Position numbers and translations under genes: made by a program. Below, piece after piece: positions 52,433 through 64,000 of a DNA stretch of 64,000 nt; within the stretch, counting starts at the first letter, position 1; each line of letters opens with the position of its first letter. The notes beneath the pieces are model-generated. The model did no database searches and had not been told where the DNA came from. It was given only the letters and a program-made list of their open reading frames with translations. Source of the DNA: Bigelowiella natans CCMP2755 (taxonomy: Eukaryota; Protista; Cercozoa); contig ADNK01000772.1 of assembly GCA_000320545.1 (NCBI GenBank), positions 1 through 64,000 of the forward strand, given 5' to 3'.

Positions 52433-54354
52433 ATGAGCTCCGAATATGAGAAACTGCGCTTGAAAACAATCGAAGAGAACGAAGCTAAGCTCAAAGAGCT
52501 CGGTATCGCAATACCTAAAGTGGAGAAACAAAAGCAGAAGAAATCAAGTACAAACAGGCGGAAGCGTCGGGTAAAGTTACGTCGCACTAAAAAGAAATAC
52601 TTTTGCTCATAATTCCGTTTCATTTGTGCAAACTCAGTATGGTGCACCTAATTTTGAGTCGGGAACGCCTGTGCGACGCTCCTCGCGCAGCCGCAAACTG
52701 AGAAAATCTTTCAATGAAATGGGTACCGAAGATGGTGACGAAGATAGTGACTACCTCCCAGCCCTGGAAGAAGACGAAGATGACGATTCCATGCAAGCTT
52801 TTAATGAGAAGGTTTCTTGACTTTGACATTGAGAAGAATCTTATCTTGTACATTACGTCTCTCGACCATATTGTTGGAATGCTGCACTTTAAAACAAGAA
52901 ATTTATTAGGCCCCGTCATCACGGATACGAAAAAAAAAGGAGAATTCTAGCAATCCTATTGCATTGGAACATGATGTTGGAGTGGACACGGAAGACGTTG
53001 ACCTTCCGATCAAAGTTGAAAACGCTAAATCAGGACGCAGCACCTGCCGTAAATGTAGAGTCAAGATTGAGAAGGTGGGGGATGTTGGCATGGGTGATCT
53101 TCTTGCTCTTATTTTCTCTAAATCTGCCTCCCCTACCTTACTTTTGCACGGAAGTTGTGAAGAAGTGGTAATGAAATTGACATAGTAACGCAACGATCCG
53201 TTTGAACATTTTGGTTGGTAGGGGGAATTACGGATTGGCATGAAAGCCTGGATCATGGGCCGGAACGCACTAACATGGCAACACCCGGTAAGAGTTAGAT
53301 CTAGTTATTCTCTCGATAAGATGATAAGAGATGACATAATTATGACAATGCCGAAGAGTGACTTGTTCTACCGGTATTCAAATGAAAAGATAAATCGTAT
53401 TTTGGACGTTATTCTATTCTCCAGGTCTGTTTTTGTGAGAATATTTCTTTCACGCGAGAAAAAAGTGGGCGTGGCAAGTGCAAGCTGACAGGGAAATTTT
53501 TTGAAAAAAACGAAGCGCGATTGAGTAAGTGAATCTTACACATGTTTATTCACCAACACACATATGATATAATATACCTAGAACGTTTTGCTGAGTGCGC
53601 ACGCACGCACACACACACACATATCACAAGTAATTGAAATTTTACTGAACTCATCACCTCGCTCGGTCGCCCTCTCCTCTTAAATCTCTGAACAGGCTGT
53701 AGCTCACATACAGCAATATCTAACATGAAGCTGTCAGTACTTTCTACATGCTTATGTCCCATCGTAGAAGCTGTCAAGAACAATAACATGGAGATGGTAA
53801 TGCAAAATAACTAGAAAGTTGCACCTAATGCATAATATGCACACACGCACATACCTGGATACATACATTTTTTATTTTCTCTCTTCATTTCTCCTCCTCA
53901 CCCCCCTCATCCCCCTTCTCTCTCTCCCACCTCAATCTGATGGTACATACGGTGTTTCATCTTTAAGACAATTAAATATTATAAGTTGATGTTAAATATT
54001 CTACAGAAATCAATATCATCTCCGAAGGACTGGCATGGATATGAGAATTTGGATGAGGACGAGCAAAAGCTTGTTGAGGCACAGTGGTCTACGTGCTTTT
54101 CTCTCGACAGTCGTGGTAGCAGCGGCAGTACATCAGATGATTCTCTGAAAGAAAATACGACAACTGAGGAAATGCAGACTCGTGGGGGGGAGAAGAAGAG
54201 AGTTTCAGGTAAGGTTGCTTGGAAATGGGGCGGGAAAACTTGCTACGGAAAGCTAATCCCTTCGAGGGAAGACAAGACAACCTGCTACGCCAGAACTAAG
54301 AACGGAAAGATTAAAACTCTAAAGAAAGGGAAAAGCTATTGGTGGGTGGTGTGA
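52433..54354 (+). CDS. PARP-type zinc-finger protein with a C-terminal Tudor/SH3-like segment
   Basis: N-terminal SEYEKLR..IEENEAKLKELG; VENAKSGRSTCRKCRVKIEK-GELRIG...WQHP-VCF; second EKSGRGKCK; GYENLDEDEQ; C-terminal KVAWKWGGKTCYGKL...YWWVV*. Confidence 0.75.
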
Positions 54355-55466
54355 GAGCACATATATGAAACAGTTTCGAAGGAAGTGCTCAAATGTGAGA
54401 TCTTAGTTCGGAAGAACGTTCAGAAAATAGGGCAAAGATCGCCCGGCACCTTGTGGGGAGTAATCGCCATCAGATTGCTTGCGACTTCAAACATGGCACA
54501 GCATCGGCATCGAACTTCTCATTTTCTCATTATTATTCGTTGGCTCCTCTTCTTCGTGTTCGTCGTCTTCATTGCAATCACCATTGTTGCTGTCTTTCTT
54601 CTATTATAGGCAGGGTATTCCTGTGTTTATTATTTCTTCTTCTTTTTCCACCTGCTGGGGGTGATTCGATCTAACCTTATCACCTCATCAGTTGACATGG
54701 TGGGACGTAGCTAGATAGGCTTGCGATGTCTTCTAGCTAGCTAGTCTCAGACGTGCATGTTTCTTGTGTGTTGTGTATCATAATATTCATTGTGCTTGCA
54801 CGTGACAACATGTAGTGAGTACACATTGACTCAGAGCACATGGACAGCCCATCCCGCGCGGCGATCGGCAAAGTGAAGTTCAGAACACGCAATCGGACCA
54901 AATATGCTAGAATGCCATGTTTCATCGTCACAACTGCATATATTGGCTCGAGCAACCCTCAGAAGATCTAGAGATGACTGCCGTGTAGCTAGCCGTGCAC
55001 ACACATGCATACTTCGCGTTCACCTTGGTTAGCTGAGCACATAACAACGGAAAACCCCACACGCTAGCACGTACGTATCGGAAGACATGCTGTCCCAGAT
55101 GCATTGTTGCGGTGAACGCAACTACCGAAATGCACGCGCCCGCTTGCGACCATGCAATTAGCCAAGCTAGCAAGTGCATGTATGTGCGGCTTACTTGTTA
55201 CTGTTTCTGTGCAATGTGATTTGAATTCTCATCATGCAAAATGACTTCTGAATTGAGTTTCGGCGCACATGGCACAAATAAAGGACGTCAAAACGTCATG
55301 CGCAGAATGTACAAATGCAAAGCATTTTTTGATTGCGAAGTTGAAAGAGGCATCAATTTCGGACAAACAGCAGAAGAAGTCTACCACGTATCGTGCTCGT
55401 GGCTACGCTCATATATGTGCCACCATGAAGATGTCGACAAGCCATTATCAATCTTGTTCTTTGCAA

Positions 55467-56392
55467 CTACTCACGCGTTTTCTTCTTGGGAGGGATCACA
55501 CGACCGAAAAGCTCCACCTGGTGCATGCAAACCATACAAATAACATGTCCCCATCATCATCATCATCATCAACAACAACAACAACAAGAATAATAAACAT
55601 TGAGGATAATATGTAGTAACAATGGGACTCAGCCCAGGGAGAAATTGACACATCATGTGTGTGTGTTAGAATCAGGAGTAGGTGCAGCGAAGGCACACGA
55701 AGAAGTCGTAAGACCGAACAGCATCCTGCTCATCTCGCTAGGAGGGGAGAGTTCTGAGAAGGTACTAGCGCAGACATAATCACCGCCTCCACAGCCCCCC
55801 CCCTTCTCTCCCCACTCTTCAACTACGCGCAATGCTGTCTCCTAACACTAACATCAAGATAACATGATAATGTCAACAAATAAACAAAAACCACCTGTGT
55901 GAGGTCAAAACTGGGTTGCCCCTTATGCGATGGTCCTGTCACGTGAATTTTGAAGTATCGGTAAGGCCTCCCGCATTGCACCTTATTATTTATCACGGGC
56001 AGGGGGTGTGGTTGTTAAAGAAGTATCATCTTGAATGATGACAAAAGACGACCAAAGAACAAACGTCGATGACGGTATCTTTGCCTTAGGGCAACAGCTT
56101 TCCGTTTTTAGTCATCGCCTACTACTATTGTTCGATCATCGCTTACTGCTGCTGTCATGTCATGTTATTCACATGTTATTCACGAGTAACATACTAATCT
56201 GGCTACCGCATGCATCATTGTGATTGAGTTTGCCAAAGAGGAAGAAGAGGGTTGGGAAGGGGGAGGGGTTGATAAGTCAGTGCAGGCATGGTGTGGTAGT
56301 AGGTAGGACGGACTACTACTAGTAGTACCTTGAAATGTCCGAATCTATTATCGTTTGTGATTGTGGCATCGTTGGTGTGGTTTGACAGGACC

Positions 56393-56435
<43 letters not shown>

Positions 56436-56480
56436 GACGATACACGTACGTACGTACGTACGTACGTACGTACGTCGTCG

Positions 56481-56523
<43 letters not shown>

Positions 56524-57232
56524 CTCCCTTCTCTCTCACTCGGGTAGATGTGATTCTGATGGTGGTTTGTTGTTGTTGTTGGTGGTGGTTAGCTAGTTAG
56601 AGATTATACTCACAATCCATCGGACATTGTCGTTAGATACTTCAAACTTCCAATTTCTGTGTGTGAGCGATAAGATAATAGCAAGCGAACATTAGCATCA
56701 TAATAATAGCTTGGATTTCTCGGATAAAATCTGTGTAATTCTTCACAAGATAAATAGGACGTTGCCCTTAACGATTCTCAAAGTTTAAGATATAAGAGAG
56801 AAAAGAACAGCTTTAAAATGTTAATTTCTATCTTACCAACAGACTGATCGCGACGCGAGAACAACATGCGTGCGTCGTACGTAAAACAACATCCACAACA
56901 TCCCTCCCTCATCATAGAAAAATAACCAAAACGAAGAACATACTACCTAAGGAAATGGTCTTGATCCTGATGCACGTAGTACGACCGCGGGACAACCTGA
57001 ACGACCAATTAACACATCATCCTGGTATACCGCAAAGTTTGTCAGCTGCATCATCTTATTTGCATCATTGGATAGATAAGTAAGGTAATAATAATAGGTG
57101 CTGCTTGCTGCTTGCCTGATAATCTTTGAGATCAAATGATATCCATGTCGGAGAACCTAACAGCAATAATAGGCCAGGATCACAAAGAGACGACGACCAT
57201 TTAGATAAACGCAAACGCGCATTCGCACATGT

Positions 57233-57264
<32 letters not shown>

Positions 57265-58086
57265 CACTACTAACTTCCATAGCTATTTTCGACAGCTCCG
57301 GTGCCCCATTTCCTGATGATGTAACGAGATGAGAATAAACTGTTTAGTGAATTGACGTCTCTTCTATTCTCTTCTTTCACCGCCGGTCGCAAATGCAGTG
57401 CCTAGAGGCTCCCCCGGAAGATGAGAGCTGAACGGTCATCCATCCCCCCTTGCACGGATTCGTCCAGCTCTGATGGTGGGGGGGGGAGGGAGAGACCACA
57501 CGAAGAAGGGACAGGAGAACAGCGACAAGAACAACAATAACAACAACAAAACTTAGCATATAAAAAAATATATTTCATACTGTACTGATGTAAACAATAT
57601 TAGATGGTCTCATAGAATAAACGGTGTGACTTGTGGTATGTGAGTGTAGTCACTGTGGTGGTCGTGATGGGTGATGGGAATTTGATGCTGCTGCTATTAT
57701 CTACTATTAACTTACAGTCTTAAGTCCACTTGTGCCGATGAAATAGAAGACGCCTTGCTTCTTATCATCAAATCTATGTATTTTTATGCGTGAGGCCGCG
57801 TATGTGTTCATAATAGTAGCATACGAGGCCGTAGTTTTCAAATTCCCCCTTTTCCCCCTCCATCTACCGTTTGCACGCATAAAATATGAAATGCATATAA
57901 ATTACAAAATTTTGACGTGAGAGGGGGTGAAGGGGGGGAATATGTAGAGAGGAGACGTACGCGAGAAAGCTCGCGGAGCGCCTTGGTGCGGGGCATTCAT
58001 CAGAATACTGTTGAAACAACAACATATCAGTAGATATATTATTTAGTAGTGTAGTGTCTGCTGGCTTAGCATCGTCGTTGAAACAG

Positions 58087-58117
<31 letters not shown>

Positions 58118-59967
58118 AATGATGAGGAGGAGATCGATCGGCGGAACACACAACCACCACCACCACCTAAACCTGTACGCTTCTGAGATCTCTGGCTCTC
58201 TCTTCTTCTTCTTCTTTTTCTTTCTCTTTTTCCATCTTCTTTGGGTAATACTATAGCACCTTCCTCTGCATAATTTCGACGAATCGATCTGGGGATATCA
58301 GGTTCTGAGGAATGACCTAAAAGTAGTGGTAGTAGTGGTAGTATTAGTGGTAATAGGCAGCCGTTATACTACGCAGCATCAAAGACGTAGAAATGTATAA
58401 AATGTGACTATATTGCGGCTGCTGCTAAGAACAGTTGGCCTTATTCGTCGGAATGTATTATATTGGCAACGAGTAGCAACTGCAAACAACGACGAAAATG
58501 ATAATGGTGATAATTAAAGGAGGAGGAGGAGGAGGAGGAGGAGGAGGAGGACGCACATCCTTGACGATGAACTTTGTGTCTATGAGTTCGAAGCGAACGT
58601 AGCGCATGCTGAGGAGGAGGAGGAGGAGGAGGAGAGTAGGGTTAAGTAAGGGGGAAGGGAGGAATCGACAGCTATAGATGATACTTCGATGCTGAGGTTG
58701 ATTACGCTCCTCACAAAGCAGCAGCTTTTAGGCTTTCGCCGGTGCTATCTACCCACCATCATTTCCCCCGTCTCACCCTCCTACTTACTTGAGCAATTAG
58801 ACGTTATGCATGATCACCATTATCACCATCATCATCATTATCATCATCATTATACATCATAATTATCCCACCACGTCGCAATAACTTCTTTGAGGGGGGG
58901 GGTCGTCGTCGAGTTGCTGTTTCCCGTCTTGATCTGATTCTTACCCCACGATATCACAGCCTGCAATACCTCGCTCTCCTCCAAGCAGAGCTGCAGGGAG
59001 GGAGGGAGGGAGGGAGGGAGGGAGGGAGGGAGAAAGAGAGGAGAGGACAACCAGGAAATGGACGAGGAGGCGGATAATGATGATGATGATGATGATGGGG
59101 AACACAACGTGAAATTACTATTTATTACAGCAATTCTCCATTGTTCGATAAATCTTGTTTTTCCTGCATGCATGCGACGAAGTTGAATACTATTCTATTG
59201 CTTCCTTTTTTTTGGGACATTATTTGTAATTGTTTTCTTCATCATCATCATCTTCTTCTTCTTCCCTCGCTGCTCTTCGATACAATCGTTAACCATTCTC
59301 ATCATGTGCCGAACCCTCCTCCTCGCGCAATATACCCATTATCCCAATGGTAATAGTACTACTACCACGCCCACCACTACTACTACTGCTACTTCTACTA
59401 CCTGATCCAACTTGAGAAGCTCTATCAGCACATTTTCATTCATTGTCAGAAATTCCTGTAGCAGCAGCAGTAGTAGTAGTAGAATCATGGTCATTTTCAT
59501 TTTCATCATTACCATCGTCATCATTGCAGCAGAAGGAGCAGCAGCAGCAGCAGCAGCAAGAGTCAACCAGTCGGTCAGTGATTGAGTGAGTGATCAGGAA
59601 GAAGAAAGGTTGCGTTCAAAGGGGGGGGCACATTACTATTCGACAATAATAATACGCTAAGATGAGAGGAGGGGGGGAAGCAGCAGCTTTATCTCTCTCT
59701 TTCTCTCTGTCTCCCGCATCCTCGTCCTCCTCCTCTATTTCTCGCCACAACTACTCGCTTTATTAGGGATGATGAGCATACCTTAGCTTTTACGAACTCA
59801 GAGAAGGAAGGGACGAGGTCACAGTAGCGCGACATCAGATACCCCTGGATAGCAGCCCCCCCGGTAGACCAAGTCTTAATCATTCCTGTGAAGGGGGAGG
59901 AGGAGGATGCATCGATGAGAAAATAGAAAGCAACGGAATAAGAATATTATAGATATTGTGTGTTAAT

Positions 59968-60009
<42 letters not shown>

Positions 60010-61797
60010 ATTCGTGTGTGTGAAACGTATTCATATTGATAATATTCAAACGACACCCATGAGAGTCGCCATGTCGAAGTCTTGCTCGTCTAAGAAGCTG
60101 AACGGGGTAGGGGTGAGGGAGGAAATCAAGCAACATCTGAATGTAAGTGGAACATGGGTTGTCTCTTTAGAGAGCTTATCATTCTCTCTCCATCCCCTTC
60201 CCTCCCTCACACCCTAACATCTCTTCTTCCAAAGCAAAAAGTAGTTATTATACCAAAAACAAGCTCTGTGAAGTGCTGGTACCCGATAGAAGTCAGCCAG
60301 CGTAAGGAGACCGTGATTTATTACATGTATATTGTATGCTCTCCATTCTGTTACGAACCACCGCACAAAGAACATCCTCCACGACGAAAGTTCCAGCTAT
60401 TCTTTGCATTTCCTTTGCCTCTCTCTCTCTCCCTCTCTCCCTCTCTCTCCTTTCTTCCGTGAGCCTAAAATGACCACCACCCAACTTGTTTACTAATAAT
60501 TAGTGATATCCACCTTGATGTTGTTCATATGAAGACTTATCTCCCCTGTGTAGAGGAACCTGTTGAAAAGAAAGAGAACAACCGGGATGGAGGAGGAACA
60601 CAAAGAGAAATGAATAATGGTATCTCCTCATTGGAAATTGAGGGAAGCTGCAGATGTATTTGTGGCGTACATCAGGCAAAATAAACTAAATATTTTCTTC
60701 ATTTTCATTCGTTCACTTCTCCCTTCCCTTCTTCCATTGCAGTCAATCCGAGCAACATATCAACCAGCGTTGATGACAAACACCCACCTCAAAAAAGTCA
60801 TGAAGATATCTGGATCGTACTCGTCGCTAACTTCAATCACGTCCTCCTATTTCACAAAAAACACGTTCGTTATAATACGTCTGCCCGTGTCACGCAACCC
60901 ATCTCCTTTGAGTACATCTAGTAGTTGGCAAAATCAACTGTCGTTCTCTGGAGCACAGCATATAGCCCGAACTCCGTTTAAAGTAGCGGGACCTGGCTCT
61001 CCTTCAATCGGCCGTACAGTTGAGCGGCAAAAACAGAGCTCTGCGATGCCAAAATAACCCTATGGACGCCAAATTTCTTATTTCTACAGACAAGCTCCAG
61101 ATCTGCGAATCTGTGAAAAATATCGATCGGGGGTAGGAGAGGAAGAGGTAATCATTATCAATGGGTAGAGGGAAATAACCGAATCGCCAGGGAAGATTTT
61201 CGCGAAGAACAAGATGTGTCACATATAGAAAAGCGCAAGAATGCTCCACATTTAACTCTTCGCATAAATGAGTAATAAAAGATTGGTGGTGGTGTTGTTT
61301 CATTAGCCAAATGACTCACTTTCCCGATTCCAATAGATTTGAGTACGCCGTGCAGATTTGTTTATGCTTGGAGACCCGCATACCCTAAAAGAGTAAGAGA
61401 AGAGGGGAGAGCAATGGGGGAGAAAGGAGGAGAGGGGAAGAGAGAGAAAGATCAATTCATTTTCAACTTGTTTTGTGGATATTAGGTAAAATTTTAACTA
61501 GCATACGGTAAGAACGAACTTAAAGGACGCATTGAAAGAAAAGGCACACTTCATAAAATATTAATTAGGAAGAAACACTGGTTTCTTCTAATCACCACAG
61601 GATGATGCACCCTGACTCTCCTTCCCGAGATGGAAAAAAACACATCTTCCAACCTTTGGGGTGAGAATGTTGGACTTCACGTCCGAATCTAGCGACATAG
61701 CCGCTTCCTTATTTCGTTTCTCATCATCGGAGGGATCCAGAGAGGTCAGAGTTGATTTGGAAGACTGTCGGTCGTTCATCCTACGGCTTTTATTCAC
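55467..61797 (-). CDS. BTB/POZ-BACK-discoidin (F5/8 type C)-like protein
   Basis: BTB FADLELVC..FGVHRVILASQSSVFAAQLYG..FLYTG; BACK EFLTMNENVLIELL..ESEVLQAVISWG..VRFELI; DDKKQGVFYFIGT..WTNP..WISFDL..NWKFEVSND..YRYFKIHVTGP..VELFG. Confidence 0.85.
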
Positions 61798-62447
61798 CCT
61801 CCTTGTCGAGGACTACTCGGAACAATGAGCTGTGATTCTTCAAAGTAGGAAGGTATCCTTTTATCGCAAAAATAACTTGAATATCCAAAATATACCAAAG
61901 ATTGCAGGGCATTTTCCATTTTCTACGATACCACTGTCGTACTCTGACATTCGGTGGTTAACTGCTGATTATTGGGATTTGTGTAATTTGGAAGGAAAAA
62001 TAACCCTTAACTTACCAAAGTTGCTCCTTTTTTATTCACACAAGGAGACGACTTTCAACACCTTTCTTCAGAGTCTGTTGAATAAAATTGACTATTTAAT
62101 AGATGTATATTCGATATAAAATAGACTAGTTGAAATATTGTTGGAACGGCACGTTTGTCTGTTGCAAGCTCGTCCAGGTAAATAGGGGTCCATCGGTGGA
62201 GACGTGCAGTTGTAGTGTAGGAGGAGGGTCGCATCTTGCTTCTGTGCAGTAAAAGGTCTCGATATATCAGAATTTGAGGCCTTCGTTGTTGACCTTCGAA
62301 ACAGAGACTATGGAAGCGGTGTTGTAGGAAAGCTTGAGGGTGTGAAGTTTGCAGATGCTCAGCTGATGAGCCTTCCTTTTGGATTGAGCCTTTGATTTCC
62401 TTCCCATCTCAGAGTTCAAGAGGAGGGCTAGCCCTTTCTTCACTCGG

Positions 62448-62799
62448 ATGCGGCGATTGATTTTACCGGTCCTCATCGTCAGTCGCCTCTTTCGAAAATA
62501 TTCATAGTTTCTGGCTGCAGCTGCGATCATCTGATGTACTACGGTGCAGTTACCGACCCCTTCATTCGTAACATTAGGGGTTCCTTATCCTGGTGGGCAC
62601 AGCTTTCGCAGGAAATGTGCGCACACGATTAGCCTCATCATGCTGTAACAGCCCACTGGCAACACGCGCTAGAACGGGGGGGGCACTGCCTTCTTCGAAC
62701 GAACTCGGGTTGAGAGGACACCATAGAAAAGGCCAGGTGTTTGGCTAAGGAAAGAAAGAATATACTCCTACTACTTGGAACCATCGAAACACAACGAAA

Positions 62800-62838
<39 letters not shown>

Positions 62839-62967
62839 CACTACTACATGCTCTTCATGCGATTGTGCTGGTGTATGGTGTCACAGGATAATAAGCTTGT
62901 CGTAGCAACAAGAGCTTCCTCCATCTCAGCACCAACAACCACATCTTCATGGTCGTCTCATCTACAC

Positions 62968-63030
<63 letters not shown>

Positions 63031-64000
63031 ACACGTGTTGCCTCCATGGCAAATGATCAATGCATAAAAGCGAGCTTTCGACTCTAGATGGCTGAAGCTC
63101 TTTTATTGTGTGGTGATACTGCGGGAGCCTATATGCCATTTCTCGCCTGTGCTATTGCTCGCGTCATATTATAGTGCCTGAAACGATTAAGTGCCCGGTT
63201 ATACATTAAACTGCCCTCCCTCCCGCCCTCCTCCTTCCCTCCTCTAATGGCTTCATTAAAGTGCTCCTTCTCCTGTGCAAAGTTCATTGAAGGAGAGAAA
63301 CTTGCGTTTGAGGCGGCTACACGGAAGTAACGATGACATCCATAAAAATTCCAGGGTATAACAATACCATCTAATGATAACTCTAAGATCGATTTGGTGA
63401 AAGGGCTTATGATAATGATGATGATGATGATGATGATGATGAGGGCTTTGTTTTGTCTATCTTGTGGATTTTGAACTATTAAAAAGTCATTACTCTTATA
63501 TCTATATACATCAGTGAATTGGACGCTGTGCGTGTGTGTGCGTGTGGGTGTTGCTGCTGTCCTTTACAGTTTCTCGCAGAAATGTTCTTCGGCGACAAAC
63601 TAGAGTCGTTAGATGTGAACCAGGATGATGATGAGGACACAATGCGAACATTGGTTGGTGCTTATATTAGTAGTAGTAGTAGTAGTAGCAGTATTAGCAT
63701 CAGCAAAGAGGGACAGTAGAGCAGCATCAAGAAAGAAGACTACCTCCTCTACACCCTTTTCCCTTCCCACATCTTTTATTATTCACTACTTTATGATTTA
63801 TCGACTACATACTTCAAATGCATCGTTGTGGCATCATCTTCATCACCATCACCATCACCATCATGATCCAACGACAACCTGTAATATTTCTGAACAAGAA
63901 CCTGGCCTTGGATTTCATCAAAAACATCACTGAGAAGGGGCTCATGCGCTTTTTCACGGAATCGGTCTGCCCCTGACACTTTGGATTGTAATAGCCTTGA
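62448..64000 (+). CDS. 5' part of a putative presequence-bearing protein of unknown function
   Basis: MRRLILPVLI-GFLILVGTAFAGNVRTRLASS (signal-like, then Ser/Ala/Arg-rich), with further exon-like blocks such as FLAEMFFGDKLESLDV. Runs off the window. Confidence 0.45.

Noticed and set aside
1-64000. Short ORFs with poly-Y/L/H/M/ER/SL tracts in the ORF track
   Set aside because: These are translations of intronic microsatellites.

Overview
Intron-rich eukaryotic nuclear DNA. Several signal-plus-transit-peptide N-termini, non-fungal-type Zn2Cys6 genes and microsatellite-filled introns suggest a protist with a complex plastid, possibly a chlorarachniophyte (inference). I reconstruct about 14 protein-coding genes by hand, and they alternate strictly in strand. 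In order: unknown (-), SelH-like/C2H2 zinc-finger fusion (+), PHYHD1-like dioxygenase (-), GCR1-like GPCR (+), aldo-keto reductase (-), DEAD-box helicase (+), ankyrin protein (-), Zn2Cys6 TF (+), myotubularin (-), second Zn2Cys6 TF (+), TPR-less Bub1/BubR1-like pseudokinase (-), PARP-type zinc-finger protein (+), BTB-BACK-discoidin protein (-) and a 5' fragment (+). There is also a Ty3/Gypsy LTR element with both LTRs and a target-site duplication (35994-40720) and a hAT-like remnant. The main finding is an apparent TpA-erasing hypermutation process, the mirror image of fungal RIP. By manual scan the Gypsy element has no TA dinucleotide over about 4.1 kb, its conserved Tyr residues read Cys or His, and its LTRs differ mainly by TG<->CA swaps. 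Surviving TAs are mostly in CTAG. The same signature marks the convergent (tail-to-tail) intergenic gaps but not genes or divergent promoter gaps. All counts and exon models are manual and need computational confirmation.
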